A DNA stretch of 64,000 nucleotides from Candidatus Limnocylindria bacterium (GCA_036570125.1 DATCPK010000161.1:4224-68223); one strand, 5' to 3'; positions 1-9,237 are shown, counted from the stretch's first letter. Numbers and translations are program-made. Notes: generated by a model from the sequence alone, not told the origin.

Positions 1-70
1 GGACGCAGCGCGCGGCGGCGGGGATGTCCATGAGCCGTGCCCAGACTTTGTCTTTGGGCGCCGCGACCAT
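1..70 (-). CDS. Partial CDS (3' part lies outside the window). N-terminus MVAAPKDKVWARLMDIPAAARCV resembles the start of SRPBCC/AHSA1-like small proteins.
   Basis: Read by eye from the reverse complement of bases 1-70, with an ATG at 70..68. Not present in the ORF track because it is truncated by the window edge. Confidence 0.2.
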   Translation of the reverse strand, partial: MVAAPKDKVWARLMDIPAAARCV

Positions 71-94
71 CGCCGTGTGCGTGAACTTCACGCG

Positions 95-1405
95 TTAGTT
101 GGCGGCTTCCTGACCCGATACCCAGCGGACCGACTTCGCACAGGGGCAACCGCCGCCCATGCGCGCCAGACGGGGCATCGAGTTGACGGCTTCCTTCAGC
201 GGCATCTCACCGCGACTGACCTTGCGTTGCAGATCGGCCCAGTGCTTCACGTCGATCGAAGCGCGGTACGCGTCCGGAAGGTTCGCGAGGACGTGGACGA
301 TGTACTGCTCGACGTCGGTGAAGGTCTCACCTTTGGTGCCGACCATCTGATACGCGTACTCGCCTCGCCTGCGGAAGAAGCGACGATCGGGAAGACGCAG
401 CAGGTCCTCCGGCCGAACGCCATCCACCGTCTCGCCGGCCTTGATCCGCGCGAACGCCTTCTCGGCCTCGTCGCGCGACAGCTTCGGCAGGCGAGCGCGC
501 ACGTACCGCTCGTTCAAGTCGTCGTACATGCGCTGGCACTCGTCGATGTACATGTCCTGCGCTTCGCGGTTCGCCATGTCCTTCAGGCCGTACTTCACGT
601 TCGTCTCGCCGCCGCGCTCGTCGCCGAACATCTCGAGCCCGCGCCCGAACCATTTCTGCGTCGCCTTCTGGATGTCCTGGACGGTGATGTACCCGTCGCC
701 GCGCGCGGCGGCCTCGACCCAGCGGCGCAGCGGGATGACGCCGGCCGCGAGGTGGAAGGCCTCCTCGCGCAGCATCGGCGGCATGCTCGACGCGTACGGC
801 TTGTAGGCGGAGATCTTCTGCATCGTGAGCTGGTACTTCCCCACCCGATCGATGAACGCGGCGAAGACCACGTTGTCCAGGAAGCTGTCGTACTCGAGGT
901 TGAACGCCGCGAGCACGTGTGACCCCGTTTGCATCGACAGGATCTCCTCGACCATGTCGGCGGCCTTCGTGTTCGTGACCGGCGACCAGTCGGCGCTCGT
1001 GAGGAGATGGACCATCTGATAGCCATGGCGCAGCTCCTCGGCCATGACGCGCAGAGCCCACGCGTGGTCCTGCGACTCCTGCGCGCGAGCGAGGGTGCCC
1101 TGATGCTGCTGGATGGAACCGAACTCGGTCGATGCCTGCGCTTTGATCTGCATCAGGAGGTGCTGCGCGGCCTCCTCGGGAAGGTCTCTTGGCGCGAGCG
1201 CCTTGTCCTGGCCCTTGCGGTCGCCGACCTCGATCTGGCTCGGGATGTCCTCCGCGATCTTGGCGCAGAGGCAGAACGGCTCGTCCTTTGGAAAGAAGCG
1301 GTCCCACTCTTCGGCGAGCTTTGGAAAGTCCGGGAAGTTGTGGCGCTGCCAGTGCTCGATCGCGTCGTGATATTGCTTCGGCAGCGTGCGGACTTCGTCT
1401 TTCAC
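95..1405 (-). CDS. Diiron carboxylate oxygenase of the BoxB/PaaA family (benzoyl-CoA 2,3-epoxidase subunit B-like).
   Basis: 436-aa ORF with a GTG start. ExxH diiron motifs (MAEELRHGYQMVHLL, LREEAFHLAAG) and overall resemblance to BoxB as recalled from memory. Confidence 0.5.
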   Translation of the reverse strand: MKDEVRTLPKQYHDAIEHWQRHNFPDFPKLAEEWDRFFPKDEPFCLCAKIAEDIPSQIEVGDRKGQDKALAPRDLPEEAAQHLLMQIKAQASTEFGSIQQHQGTLARAQESQDHAWALRVMAEELRHGYQMVHLLTSADWSPVTNTKAADMVEEILSMQTGSHVLAAFNLEYDSFLDNVVFAAFIDRVGKYQLTMQKISAYKPYASSMPPMLREEAFHLAAGVIPLRRWVEAAARGDGYITVQDIQKATQKWFGRGLEMFGDERGGETNVKYGLKDMANREAQDMYIDECQRMYDDLNERYVRARLPKLSRDEAEKAFARIKAGETVDGVRPEDLLRLPDRRFFRRRGEYAYQMVGTKGETFTDVEQYIVHVLANLPDAYRASIDVKHWADLQRKVSRGEMPLKEAVNSMPRLARMGGGCPCAKSVRWVSGQEAAN

Positions 1406-1480
1406 ATAACTAGGGTACGAGGTCGGCCGCAGATCGGTCGCACGTTGCAGGAGCGAACGAGCCTTAACTCTGGATAGGCC

Positions 1481-1993
1481 TCATTGGGGGGTTAGCCCGA
1501 TCGACCTGGCCCCGTCAACCGTCGGGGCCCTTACGACGCGTTCGATCAATCCGCAAATTCGCCTGATCTCTGCCCGCTGCCACCAGCCAATCAGAGCGTA
1601 GAAAGCGCCGAGAAGGAGAGTTCCAAGAACGATCGTGATCAATGCGAGTCCGCGACTGGAAGTCAGCGCGCTACCACCAGCAAGAACGATCGCAAAGACT
1701 GTTACGAAAAGCACGACCGGACTACGCGCGTTAAGGATGTTGCGAGCTTCGATATCGACTGCACTCTCGCCGTCAGCATCACGGATGTGACCGAAGAACA
1801 GTGGTTTGAAGCTGTTTCGCCCCGGGCGTCGAAACGCAAATGAGTATTCGCCGACCGTTCCAACGAAAGGCAACTCCGAGGTGCGTCCTCCTAAGCGGAC
1901 AATGCCCGAGTCTCGAGCGACCACCGCCCTGATGCGTTCGGCCACGTCGCTGGCCGGAAGAGACGTCGCGAAGTTGGCTACGTTGTTCGTCAA
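1481..1993 (-). CDS. Hypothetical membrane protein with C-terminal TM helices.
   Basis: In-frame TTG at 1993..1991 overlaps the upstream TGA (TTGA), with AAGGA 9 nt upstream. Hydrophobic segments VVLFVTVFAIVLAGG and LALITIVLGTLLLGAFYALIGWW. Confidence 0.45.
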   Translation of the reverse strand: MTNNVANFATSLPASDVAERIRAVVARDSGIVRLGGRTSELPFVGTVGEYSFAFRRPGRNSFKPLFFGHIRDADGESAVDIEARNILNARSPVVLFVTVFAIVLAGGSALTSSRGLALITIVLGTLLLGAFYALIGWWQRAEIRRICGLIERVVRAPTVDGARSIGLTPQ

Positions 1994-3018
1994 TACAGCT
2001 TTTCCTTGTCCAGGACGTTGCGGAGCGGTTGGCCACTCAGGTAGCGGCGCAGGTTGTCGCAAAAGATCTCGGTGATTCGCGCGTCCTCCTGCGCGACCGT
2101 GCTCGCGGAGTGCGGGCTCAGGATCACGTTCGGCATGTCCCAGAGCGGCGAGTCCTGCGGCGGCGGCTCGTCGCGAAGGACGTCGAGAGCAGCGCCGGCC
2201 AGGCGCTTTTCCTGAAGCGCGCGGATCAACGCGTCCTCATCGACCAGCGCGCCGCGGCCGATGTTGATGAAGACCGCGCTCGGCTTCAGCACGGCGAGCT
2301 CGCCCTCGCCGATGATCCCCTCGGTCTCGGGCGTGTGCGGCGCCGCGAGCACGAGGAAGTCCGCCTCCCGCAGCATCGCGTGCAGATCCGCGCGCTCAAA
2401 AAGCTTGTCGACGTCCGGCACCGGCGCGTCCGATCGCCGCATTCCGGTCACGTGCATATCCATCCGCTTCCCGTGGCGCGCGACCTCCTGGCCCACGCGG
2501 CCGATGCCGACGATCGCGAGCGTCTTTCCGGTCAGCTCCTCGCCCGAGTAACGCTCCGATCGCTTCGCCCTCTTGTCGCGTTCCATCCAGAGGTAGTTCT
2601 TGGCGAATATGAGCATTGCCATCAAGCAGAAGTCCGCGAGCGGCCGCGCGTGGACGCCGCTCGCCGTCGTGAAGGTGATGTCGGTGCGGTCCAGGCCGAA
2701 GCGTTTCACGGCCTGGCCGATGCCCGCGCTCGTCGCCTGCAACCAGCGGAGCCGCGGCGCGATGGCGGGAAGATCGCGCATGTGCCCGGCTGGAAAGTCG
2801 AAGACGACCTCGGCGCGCCCGAGCATCTCGAGGAACCGTGCTTCCTGCTCCGCCGTGCGCGTCATCGGAGCGCCGACGTGGTCTGCGACATAGCGCGTCC
2901 GCGGCAGAAGCTCGGGGTCGTGAAGCAGTTCGATCCGCGCGTCGACGGCACGGATCCGATCGACGTGCTCAGGCTCGAGCGGCGATGCAATGAGTACGAC
3001 GAGCGGGCCGGATGTCAC
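1990..3018 (-). CDS. D-isomer specific 2-hydroxyacid dehydrogenase (phosphoglycerate dehydrogenase-like, NAD-binding).
   Basis: GKTLAIVGIGRVGQEVARHG Rossmann motif and catalytic-domain layout. 342 aa. Confidence 0.85.
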   Translation of the reverse strand: MTSGPLVVLIASPLEPEHVDRIRAVDARIELLHDPELLPRTRYVADHVGAPMTRTAEQEARFLEMLGRAEVVFDFPAGHMRDLPAIAPRLRWLQATSAGIGQAVKRFGLDRTDITFTTASGVHARPLADFCLMAMLIFAKNYLWMERDKRAKRSERYSGEELTGKTLAIVGIGRVGQEVARHGKRMDMHVTGMRRSDAPVPDVDKLFERADLHAMLREADFLVLAAPHTPETEGIIGEGELAVLKPSAVFINIGRGALVDEDALIRALQEKRLAGAALDVLRDEPPPQDSPLWDMPNVILSPHSASTVAQEDARITEIFCDNLRRYLSGQPLRNVLDKEKLY

Positions 3019-3026
3019 TGTGCGAT

Positions 3027-3464
3027 CTAGAGCCGTTTCTCCAGTGCGGTGAGTGGCGCGGGCGCGAAGCCCATGGCCGTGATGAACGCGGCGATGTCCT
3101 TATCCTGCGCAGCGACCATCGTGCGCGCCACGTGTGCGCCCTTCGAGCGGAAATGGCCGAGCAGCGCCTCGATCAGGCCGCGGCCGACGCCCTTCTCGCG
3201 CGACGAGGGGTCGACGCCGAAGAACTCGACCCAACCGGTCGGCTCCTCAAGCCCGAATTCGCCGCCGCGCACCTCGCCAAGCATGAAGCCGACGACGCGT
3301 CCATCGACCTCCGCGATCTGCGATGAGTCCGGGTCGCGGCGGATGTAGTACGCGGCGCGCTGCTCCCAGACCTCCGGCCGATAGCGGCCGGTGATCTTTT
3401 CATCGATGCGGCAGATGCCCTCGATGTCGAGCTCGTTCATCGGCCGGATACGTACGCCGGTCAT
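3027..3464 (-). CDS. GNAT family N-acetyltransferase.
   Basis: Acetyl-CoA binding motif REKGVGRGLIEALL. Start chosen at the internal Met (MTGVRIRPM), which gives an ATGA overlap with the upstream gene. Confidence 0.7.
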   Translation of the reverse strand: MTGVRIRPMNELDIEGICRIDEKITGRYRPEVWEQRAAYYIRRDPDSSQIAEVDGRVVGFMLGEVRGGEFGLEEPTGWVEFFGVDPSSREKGVGRGLIEALLGHFRSKGAHVARTMVAAQDKDIAAFITAMGFAPAPLTALEKRL

Positions 3465-3961
3465 CGTCGGGATGTCGCCTCGACCGCTCCCCCGTTGGCC
3501 GCCTGCTCGAGCTGCGCAATATCGAGCTTGTTCATCTGCAGCATTGCATTCATGGCCCGTCCGGCTCTGGCCGGGTCGGGGTCGCTCAAGAGCTGGCTCA
3601 AGACACGCGGTACGACCTGCCAGGACACTCCGAACCGATCTGTGAGCCAACCGCAGCGGCCCGGCTCGCCACCCTCGGAGAGCTTCTCCCAAAACATATC
3701 GATCTCCGCCTGGGTCTCACAGTCGATGAGGAGCGAGAACCCTTGGGAGAAATCGAAAGGCGCACCGCCGTTGAGAGCAACGAACTCTTGCCCGTCGAGC
3801 TCGAAGTTCGCCGCCATCAAGCTTCCCTTCGGGCCTGGCCCGGCGTCACCGTAACGACTCGCGCTCGTGATCCGCGAGTTCTTGAAGATGGACGTGTACA
3901 CCTTCACGGCTTCTTCGGCTTGGTCCTTGAACGTGAGGAACGTGGTGATCTTCTTCTTCAT
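3461..3961 (-). CDS. VOC/PhnB-like protein (3-demethylubiquinone-9 3-methyltransferase domain family).
   Basis: N-terminus MKKKITTFLTFKDQAEEAVKVYTSIF is typical of the PhnB-like family. GGGAGA Shine-Dalgarno 6 nt upstream of the ATG. Confidence 0.65.
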   Translation of the reverse strand: MKKKITTFLTFKDQAEEAVKVYTSIFKNSRITSASRYGDAGPGPKGSLMAANFELDGQEFVALNGGAPFDFSQGFSLLIDCETQAEIDMFWEKLSEGGEPGRCGWLTDRFGVSWQVVPRVLSQLLSDPDPARAGRAMNAMLQMNKLDIAQLEQAANGGAVEATSRR

Positions 3962-4022
3962 TTCGAATCTCCCAATGCGCACTCATTGCAGCATGTTTGC
4001 TCTTCGGCTGCGCCGCGGCCGC

Positions 4023-5423
4023 TCAGCGCCGACTTTGAAGGAACGCGGTGAGGTCGTCGAGCTCGGCGGGCGTGAGGCTCCCCGCGAACGCGGGCATCCC
4101 GCCGCCACCGGTCGCGATGCGCGCCGTGATCTGGTCGCGATTCATGTGCGACGCGACGTGACTCAGGTCGGGTCCACGCCGGCCACCCGCGGCGTCGATC
4201 GCGTGGCAGGCGAAGCACGACTTCGACACGAAGAGGTCGGCGCCGCGGTGCTCCGCATCGCCAAGACCCTGCGTCACGCTCGCGGGTAGCGTCCCGCCAT
4301 CGAGCTTGGGCACCCACGGCGATTCGAACCCGGCCACCGTGAGGGACGCATATGCGATGAACGGCAGTGCGACCGCCGCGATCGCGGCGGGCCTGCGGGA
4401 CCAGTGCCGCTCGCCGTCGGGCCAGAGCAGCGGCACGAGGAACAGGAACGTGAAGGCGAAAAGTGGAAGCCCGACGATCACGAGCGCTTCAGTCGCCGGC
4501 GGGATGAGCGCGAGGATCGCGAAGTAGCCGAGGAAGTACCAGTCGGGCCGCGGGTCGGCGACGACATTTGTGGGGTCCGCGGGCTTGCTCAGATTCGGCG
4601 CGCCGACGATCGCGGCAAGGAGCACGACCGCGAGGACGACGACAGCGGCGGCGACGGCGTCGCGCCACGCGGAGTCGGGCCAGAACGGAATGCCGCGACG
4701 GAGCATCTCCGCGTAGCGCGCTCGGTACGAGGGCCGATCCACGGGGAGGCCAGGCACAGGTGGCTCGGAGATGCCGCGCTTCACCACGAGATAAAGGTGC
4801 ATGCCGATCAGGCCGAAGATCGCGGCAGGGATGAGGAACACGTGCGTCGCGTAGAAGCGCGTGAGCGTCGCCCCGCCGACGTTGTTCCCCGCCACGATGA
4901 GGTGCGTCAGCCACTCGCCGAGGATCGGCGCGCGCGCGGCCTGCTCGGCCGCGACGACGATCGCCCAGAACGCGTCCTGATCCCAGCGCAGAAGCTGACC
5001 GGTGAAGGCCATGGCGAGCGTCGCGAGGAGTAGGAGCGAGCCCGTGAGCCAGTTCGCCTCGCGCGGGAACTTGAACGCGCCGAAGAGATACACCTGCGTC
5101 ATGTGCGCGAGAACGAGGACGACCATCGCCCCCGCACCGAAGTAGTGCATACCGCGCACGACGGCGCCGAGCGTCGCGTCGTGGCTTATGAACTGGAGCG
5201 AGTCGTACGCGCTGTTCGGCGCGGGGACGTACGTCATCGCGAGGCCGACACCGGTCACGACCTGCATCACGAAGATCGCGAGCGTCGCGCTGCCGAGGAC
5301 GTACCACCACCCGATCGGACGCTCGAGCTCGCGCGGGACCGGATGGCGCAGGACCGCCATGACCGAGTCGTCGAGCTCGAAGCGCTCTCCGAGCCAGCTC
5401 GCGATCGCGCGCAGCCACCTCAC
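4023..5423 (-). CDS. qcrB: Cytochrome b of a bc-type complex with a fused C-terminal monohaem cytochrome c domain.
   Basis: Cytochrome b helices with conserved His; C-terminal CFACH haem-binding motif and a downstream Met (probable axial Met ligand). GTG start at 5423 overlaps the Rieske stop (GTGA). Confidence 0.85.
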   Translation of the reverse strand: MRWLRAIASWLGERFELDDSVMAVLRHPVPRELERPIGWWYVLGSATLAIFVMQVVTGVGLAMTYVPAPNSAYDSLQFISHDATLGAVVRGMHYFGAGAMVVLVLAHMTQVYLFGAFKFPREANWLTGSLLLLATLAMAFTGQLLRWDQDAFWAIVVAAEQAARAPILGEWLTHLIVAGNNVGGATLTRFYATHVFLIPAAIFGLIGMHLYLVVKRGISEPPVPGLPVDRPSYRARYAEMLRRGIPFWPDSAWRDAVAAAVVVLAVVLLAAIVGAPNLSKPADPTNVVADPRPDWYFLGYFAILALIPPATEALVIVGLPLFAFTFLFLVPLLWPDGERHWSRRPAAIAAVALPFIAYASLTVAGFESPWVPKLDGGTLPASVTQGLGDAEHRGADLFVSKSCFACHAIDAAGGRRGPDLSHVASHMNRDQITARIATGGGGMPAFAGSLTPAELDDLTAFLQSRR

Positions 5424-5920
5424 CCCTGCTTCACCGTCGGAAGTGGCTGCTGGCGCACCAGGAGGCGATCGCCGCTGACCTCCCACTCGCGCTCGAACAG
5501 CGGACGCGGCGGCGGGCCGCCGGCCACGGTGCCGTCGCCGTAGTACACGCCGCCGTGACAGGGGCAGAGAAAGAGCTTCGCTCCGGCCTGCCAGTTCACC
5601 GGACATCCGAGGTGCGTGCAGTTCACGTTGAAGACCTGGAACATGGCTGGCCCGGCGGCCTCGCGGCGGCGGACCCAGAGCGCCGTGTCCGCGGTCTGCC
5701 CCGCCCACGCGAGCGGGCTGGGGTCGCGGATCGAGACGAGCTTCGTCTCGCCGAGAGGGAAGTCCGTGATCGCGCCGACCGGCACGAGTTCATTCGTCGG
5801 CGCGCGGAAAAGTGGAGCCAGCAGGTAGCCCAGGATGGGAAGGCCGACGATCCCGCCGATGAACGCGGTGAGCGCCACCGTGATCCGCGAGAGGAACCGG
5901 CGTCGCGTGATCTCGTTCAC
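5420..5920 (-). CDS. qcrA: Rieske 2Fe-2S subunit of the bc complex, with a Tat signal.
   Basis: CTHLGC and CPCHGG boxes. RRRFL twin-arginine motif. GTG start overlaps the stop of the small upstream ORF (GTGA). Confidence 0.85.
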   Translation of the reverse strand: MNEITRRRFLSRITVALTAFIGGIVGLPILGYLLAPLFRAPTNELVPVGAITDFPLGETKLVSIRDPSPLAWAGQTADTALWVRRREAAGPAMFQVFNVNCTHLGCPVNWQAGAKLFLCPCHGGVYYGDGTVAGGPPPRPLFEREWEVSGDRLLVRQQPLPTVKQG

Positions 5921-6102
5921 GGGGCCGCCTCCTCGAGCGCCTGGCGGATCCATCCGACGAGGGCGCCCGCGATGATCAACACACCGGCGGCGATGACGAG
6001 CGGGCTCGTCAACGCGCCGACCGCGGCGAGACCGATGCCGGTGGCGAGCGTGACGGGCCAGATCGACGGCGCCGGCCCGTGGGCCGGGCCATGCTCTTTC
6101 AT
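5917..6102 (-). CDS. Small two-TM membrane protein, possibly a minor subunit (IV-like) of the caa3 oxidase.
   Basis: 61 aa, MKEHGPAHGPAPSIWPVTLATGIGLAAVGAL..., in a tight gap between ctaE and qcrA with a 1-nt stop/start junction. Confidence 0.4.
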   Translation of the reverse strand: MKEHGPAHGPAPSIWPVTLATGIGLAAVGALTSPLVIAAGVLIIAGALVGWIRQALEEAAP

Positions 6103-6647
6103 AGGAGCGTCCCCAGGTAGACGACGGTGAAGACGACGACCCAGACCGCGTCGACGAAGTGCCAGTAGAACCCCACCGCCTCCCACGCGACCGCCCGAAC
6201 CGCGCGTGGCCGTCCGAGATTCGCGGTGAAGAGCGCCGCGAGCGCCACGAGACCGGCGAGTACGTGGATCCCGTGAAGACCCGTGAGCGTGAAGAACGTC
6301 GTGCCGAAGAGCGCGCTGCCGGGACCGATGCCCTCGCCCAGAAGTCGCGCGTATTCGCTGCCCTGCCCTGTGAGGAAGATCGCGCCGAGGATCATGGTGG
6401 CCGCGAGCCACACGCCGCTTCGCGCGCGGGCCGCGAGCGCCATGGTCCCGCTGCTCGCGAAGAGCGCGATCGAGAAGATCGCGGTGCGGCCAACGTCGAG
6501 GTTCGCCCTCGCCGTCGCGAGCCCGGAATCGCGGTACGCGACATATGCGAGCACGATCGCGAGAAAGAACACCGACTCCGACGCGATGAAGACCGTGACG
6601 CCCAAAAGCGTTCGATCGTTCCTCAACGCGGGCCGCACCGCGATCAT
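6099..6647 (-). CDS. ctaE: Cytochrome c oxidase subunit III.
   Basis: YWHFVDAVWVVVF signature. ATGA overlap with ctaD. Confidence 0.85.
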   Translation of the reverse strand: MIAVRPALRNDRTLLGVTVFIASESVFFLAIVLAYVAYRDSGLATARANLDVGRTAIFSIALFASSGTMALAARARSGVWLAATMILGAIFLTGQGSEYARLLGEGIGPGSALFGTTFFTLTGLHGIHVLAGLVALAALFTANLGRPRAVRAVAWEAVGFYWHFVDAVWVVVFTVVYLGTLL

Positions 6648-8269
6648 CTTTGGTCCCTCGCTTCGGGGTGCTTGCGATCCCAGAGCGGCCGCCGCCCGGT
6701 AACTACGGGGATCCGCGCGAAATTCTCCGGCGGGGGCGGCGACGTCGTCGCCCACTCGAGCGTGAACGCGTCCCACGGGTCATCGCCCGCGATCTCGCCG
6801 GAGCGCAGGCTTCGCGCGAGATTCACGAAGAAGACGACCATCGCGATCGCGAGGATCGCGGCGCCGATCGTGGATATGAGATTGAGCGGACCCCAACCCG
6901 TGCTCGCGGCATACGTGAACACGCGCCGCGGCATCCCGACGGCGCCGAGCCAATGCTGCGGGAGGAACGTGAGATTGAAGCCGGCGAACGTCAACCAGAA
7001 GTGCCATCGACCGAGCGCCTCGCCGAGAAGACGGCCGGTCATCTTCGGGAACCAGTAATACGCGCCCGCGAAGATCCCGAGCATGGTTCCGCCGAACAGG
7101 ACGTAATGAAGGTGGGCCACGACGAAGTAGCTGTCGGTGACCGCGAGGTCGATCGGCACCACCGCGAGCGCGACCCCGGATAGGCCGCCGATCACGAACA
7201 TCGCGATGAAGCCCACGGCGAAGAGCATCGCGGTGGTCATGCGAAGACGGCCGCCGATCATGGTCGCGATCCAGTTGAAGATCTTCACGCCGGTCGGGAT
7301 CGCGATGAGCATGCTCGTCGCGGAGAAGATCGCGTTCTCGGTGTCGCCGAGTCCGACCGCGAACATGTGATGCGCCCACACGCCGAACGACAGGAACGCG
7401 ATGGCCACGCTCGACCCGGCGACGAACCCGTAGCCGAAGATCGGCTTCCGGCTGAAGACCGGGATGACCTCCGAGATCATCCCCATCGCGGGCAGCACCA
7501 TGATGTAGACCTCGGGATGGCCGAAGAACCAGAAGAGGTGCTGCCACAGCACGGCTTGTCCTCCGCCGCTCGGATCGAAGAAGTGGCCGCCGAGCTGTCT
7601 GTCGACGAAGAGCATCACGAGCGCCGCGGTGAGCGCTGGATAGGCGCCGAGGATGAGGATGCTGGTGACGAGCGTCATCCACACGAAGAGCGGCACGCGT
7701 GAGATCGCCATGCCCGGGCAGCGCATCAACAGGATCGTCACGGTGAGGTTGATCGCGCCGATGATCGTGCCAGCCCCGTTCACCGCGAGACCGAGGATGT
7801 AGTAGTCGACGCCGGTACCCGGCGCGAACGCGCGCTCCGAGAGCGGCGCGTACGAGAACCACCCGGTGTCGGGCGCACCGCCGGCGAGGAAGCTGAAATA
7901 CAGGACGAGGCCGCCGACGAGCGACAGCCAGAACGAGAGCGCGTTGAGCCGCGGGAACGCGACGTCCGGCGCGCCGATCATCAGCGGGACCATGTAGTTG
8001 GCGAATCCGACGAGCAGCGGAACGACGGCGAGCAGGATCATCGTGACCCCGTGCACGGTGAACGCCTGATTGAACGTCTCCGGGTCCACGAGGCTCGCCT
8101 CGGGCGTCGCGAGCTGCGCCCGCAGGAGCAACGCCTCGAGCCCGCCGATCGCGAAGAACGCGACGCCCATGCCGATGTAGAGGACGCCGATCTCCTTGTG
8201 ATCGACGGTGCGCAACCACCCGACGCGTTCGGCGGCCGGCCGCCGGACCCAGAGCGGGATCGCCGTCAT
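6644..8269 (-). CDS. ctaD: Cytochrome c oxidase subunit I (haem-copper oxidase catalytic subunit).
   Basis: WFFGHPEVYI, HHMF and the full 12-TM architecture. 541 aa. Confidence 0.95.
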   Translation of the reverse strand: MTAIPLWVRRPAAERVGWLRTVDHKEIGVLYIGMGVAFFAIGGLEALLLRAQLATPEASLVDPETFNQAFTVHGVTMILLAVVPLLVGFANYMVPLMIGAPDVAFPRLNALSFWLSLVGGLVLYFSFLAGGAPDTGWFSYAPLSERAFAPGTGVDYYILGLAVNGAGTIIGAINLTVTILLMRCPGMAISRVPLFVWMTLVTSILILGAYPALTAALVMLFVDRQLGGHFFDPSGGGQAVLWQHLFWFFGHPEVYIMVLPAMGMISEVIPVFSRKPIFGYGFVAGSSVAIAFLSFGVWAHHMFAVGLGDTENAIFSATSMLIAIPTGVKIFNWIATMIGGRLRMTTAMLFAVGFIAMFVIGGLSGVALAVVPIDLAVTDSYFVVAHLHYVLFGGTMLGIFAGAYYWFPKMTGRLLGEALGRWHFWLTFAGFNLTFLPQHWLGAVGMPRRVFTYAASTGWGPLNLISTIGAAILAIAMVVFFVNLARSLRSGEIAGDDPWDAFTLEWATTSPPPPENFARIPVVTGRRPLWDRKHPEARDQR

Positions 8270-9153
8270 TTCAGGGCACCGAGGTATGCGGCGAGGGCGT
8301 CGAGATCCGCGTCGGAGAGCGGGACGCGCGGCATGAGCGAGCCCGGTTTGTAGCGCTGCGGGTCCAGGAGCCAGGCGCGCATGTGCCCGACGTCGTTCGG
8401 AAGCACGCCCGCGCCGATCGTCGCGCGAGACGCGACGTGCGTGAGATCTGGCCCCGCCGTGCCCGCCGCGGCGGTGCCCGCGATGGTGTGGCAGTTCACG
8501 CAGATATTCGAGAGGAAAACACGCTCGCCGTCGGTACCTTTAACGGCGACGGGCAGCCGCTGCGCGCCAAGCCAAGCATCGAACTCGGCTTGCGACTCCA
8601 CGATCACGCGAATGCGCATCCAGGCGTGCTCGACGCCGCAGAACTCGGCGCACTGTCCGTCGAATGAACCGGCGCGCCGCGCGAAGAGCCGGAGATGGTT
8701 GGTCGTGCCGGGCAGCATGTCCATCTTCGGACCGAGCTCGGGTACCCAGAAGCTGTGGATGACGTCGACCGAGCTGAGGTCGAGATCGATCGGTGTGCTG
8801 ACGGGGATATGCAACTCGTTCGCGGTCTTCGTCCCGCCGTAGCTGAACTCCCACCACCACTGATGTCCCGTGGCCGCGATCCGCATCGCGGGCGCAACGC
8901 CGGCGCCGTTGATCTCCGCCATCGTGCCGAGGGTCAGGACGAAGATCACCGCGAGGATCAGAGCCGGCGCCGCGGTCCACGCGATCTCCAGTCGCTGGTT
9001 GCGCTCGAACGTTGCCGGCTCTCCCACGGCGCGCGACGCGCGATAGCGCCAGATCGCATACACGAGCGCGGCTTCGACGCCGATGAAGATGAGGAGCGCG
9101 ATAGCACCGACGATCAGCGAAAGCGTCCCGATCGCGTCAGCGGGCGGCCGCAC
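8266..9153 (-). CDS. ctaC: Cytochrome c oxidase subunit II fused to a C-terminal cytochrome c domain (caa3-type).
   Basis: CuA site CAEFCGVEHAWM plus CVNCH haem c motif. ATGA overlap with ctaD. Confidence 0.9.
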   Translation of the reverse strand: MRPPADAIGTLSLIVGAIALLIFIGVEAALVYAIWRYRASRAVGEPATFERNQRLEIAWTAAPALILAVIFVLTLGTMAEINGAGVAPAMRIAATGHQWWWEFSYGGTKTANELHIPVSTPIDLDLSSVDVIHSFWVPELGPKMDMLPGTTNHLRLFARRAGSFDGQCAEFCGVEHAWMRIRVIVESQAEFDAWLGAQRLPVAVKGTDGERVFLSNICVNCHTIAGTAAAGTAGPDLTHVASRATIGAGVLPNDVGHMRAWLLDPQRYKPGSLMPRVPLSDADLDALAAYLGALK

Positions 9154-9179
9154 GGTCGCAGGTTAGGACTGCACGCACC

Positions 9180-9220
9180 GAACGCAAACGAAGAGCCCGC
9201 CCCAGGAGGGCGGGCTCTTC
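9180..9220 (-). terminator. Intrinsic terminator-like hairpin downstream of the DUF4349-like gene.
   Basis: 13-bp perfect stem (GAAGAGCCCGCCC / GGGCGGGCTCTTC) with a 5-nt loop, followed on the minus-strand RNA by GUUUGCGUU. Confidence 0.5.
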
Positions 9221-9237
9221 ACGGGGAGGGAGCTTGG

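Noticed and set aside
327-1307. Many long alternate-frame or antisense ORFs, for example 327..1307(-), 2029..3030(+), 6780..8219(-), 27970..30267(+), 33736..35136(+), 35978..36952(+), 37248..38651(+), 45678..47213(+), 58247..59878(+).
   Set aside because: Their Arg/Ala/Pro/Gly-rich low-complexity translations are typical of shadow ORFs in roughly 70% GC DNA. They lie opposite or out of frame to clearly conserved genes.
5424-5708. Longer 561-aa version of the cytochrome b ORF starting at 5708.
   Set aside because: It would overlap the Rieske gene by about 290 nt. A GTG at 5423 gives a GTGA junction and a normal cytochrome b N-terminus.
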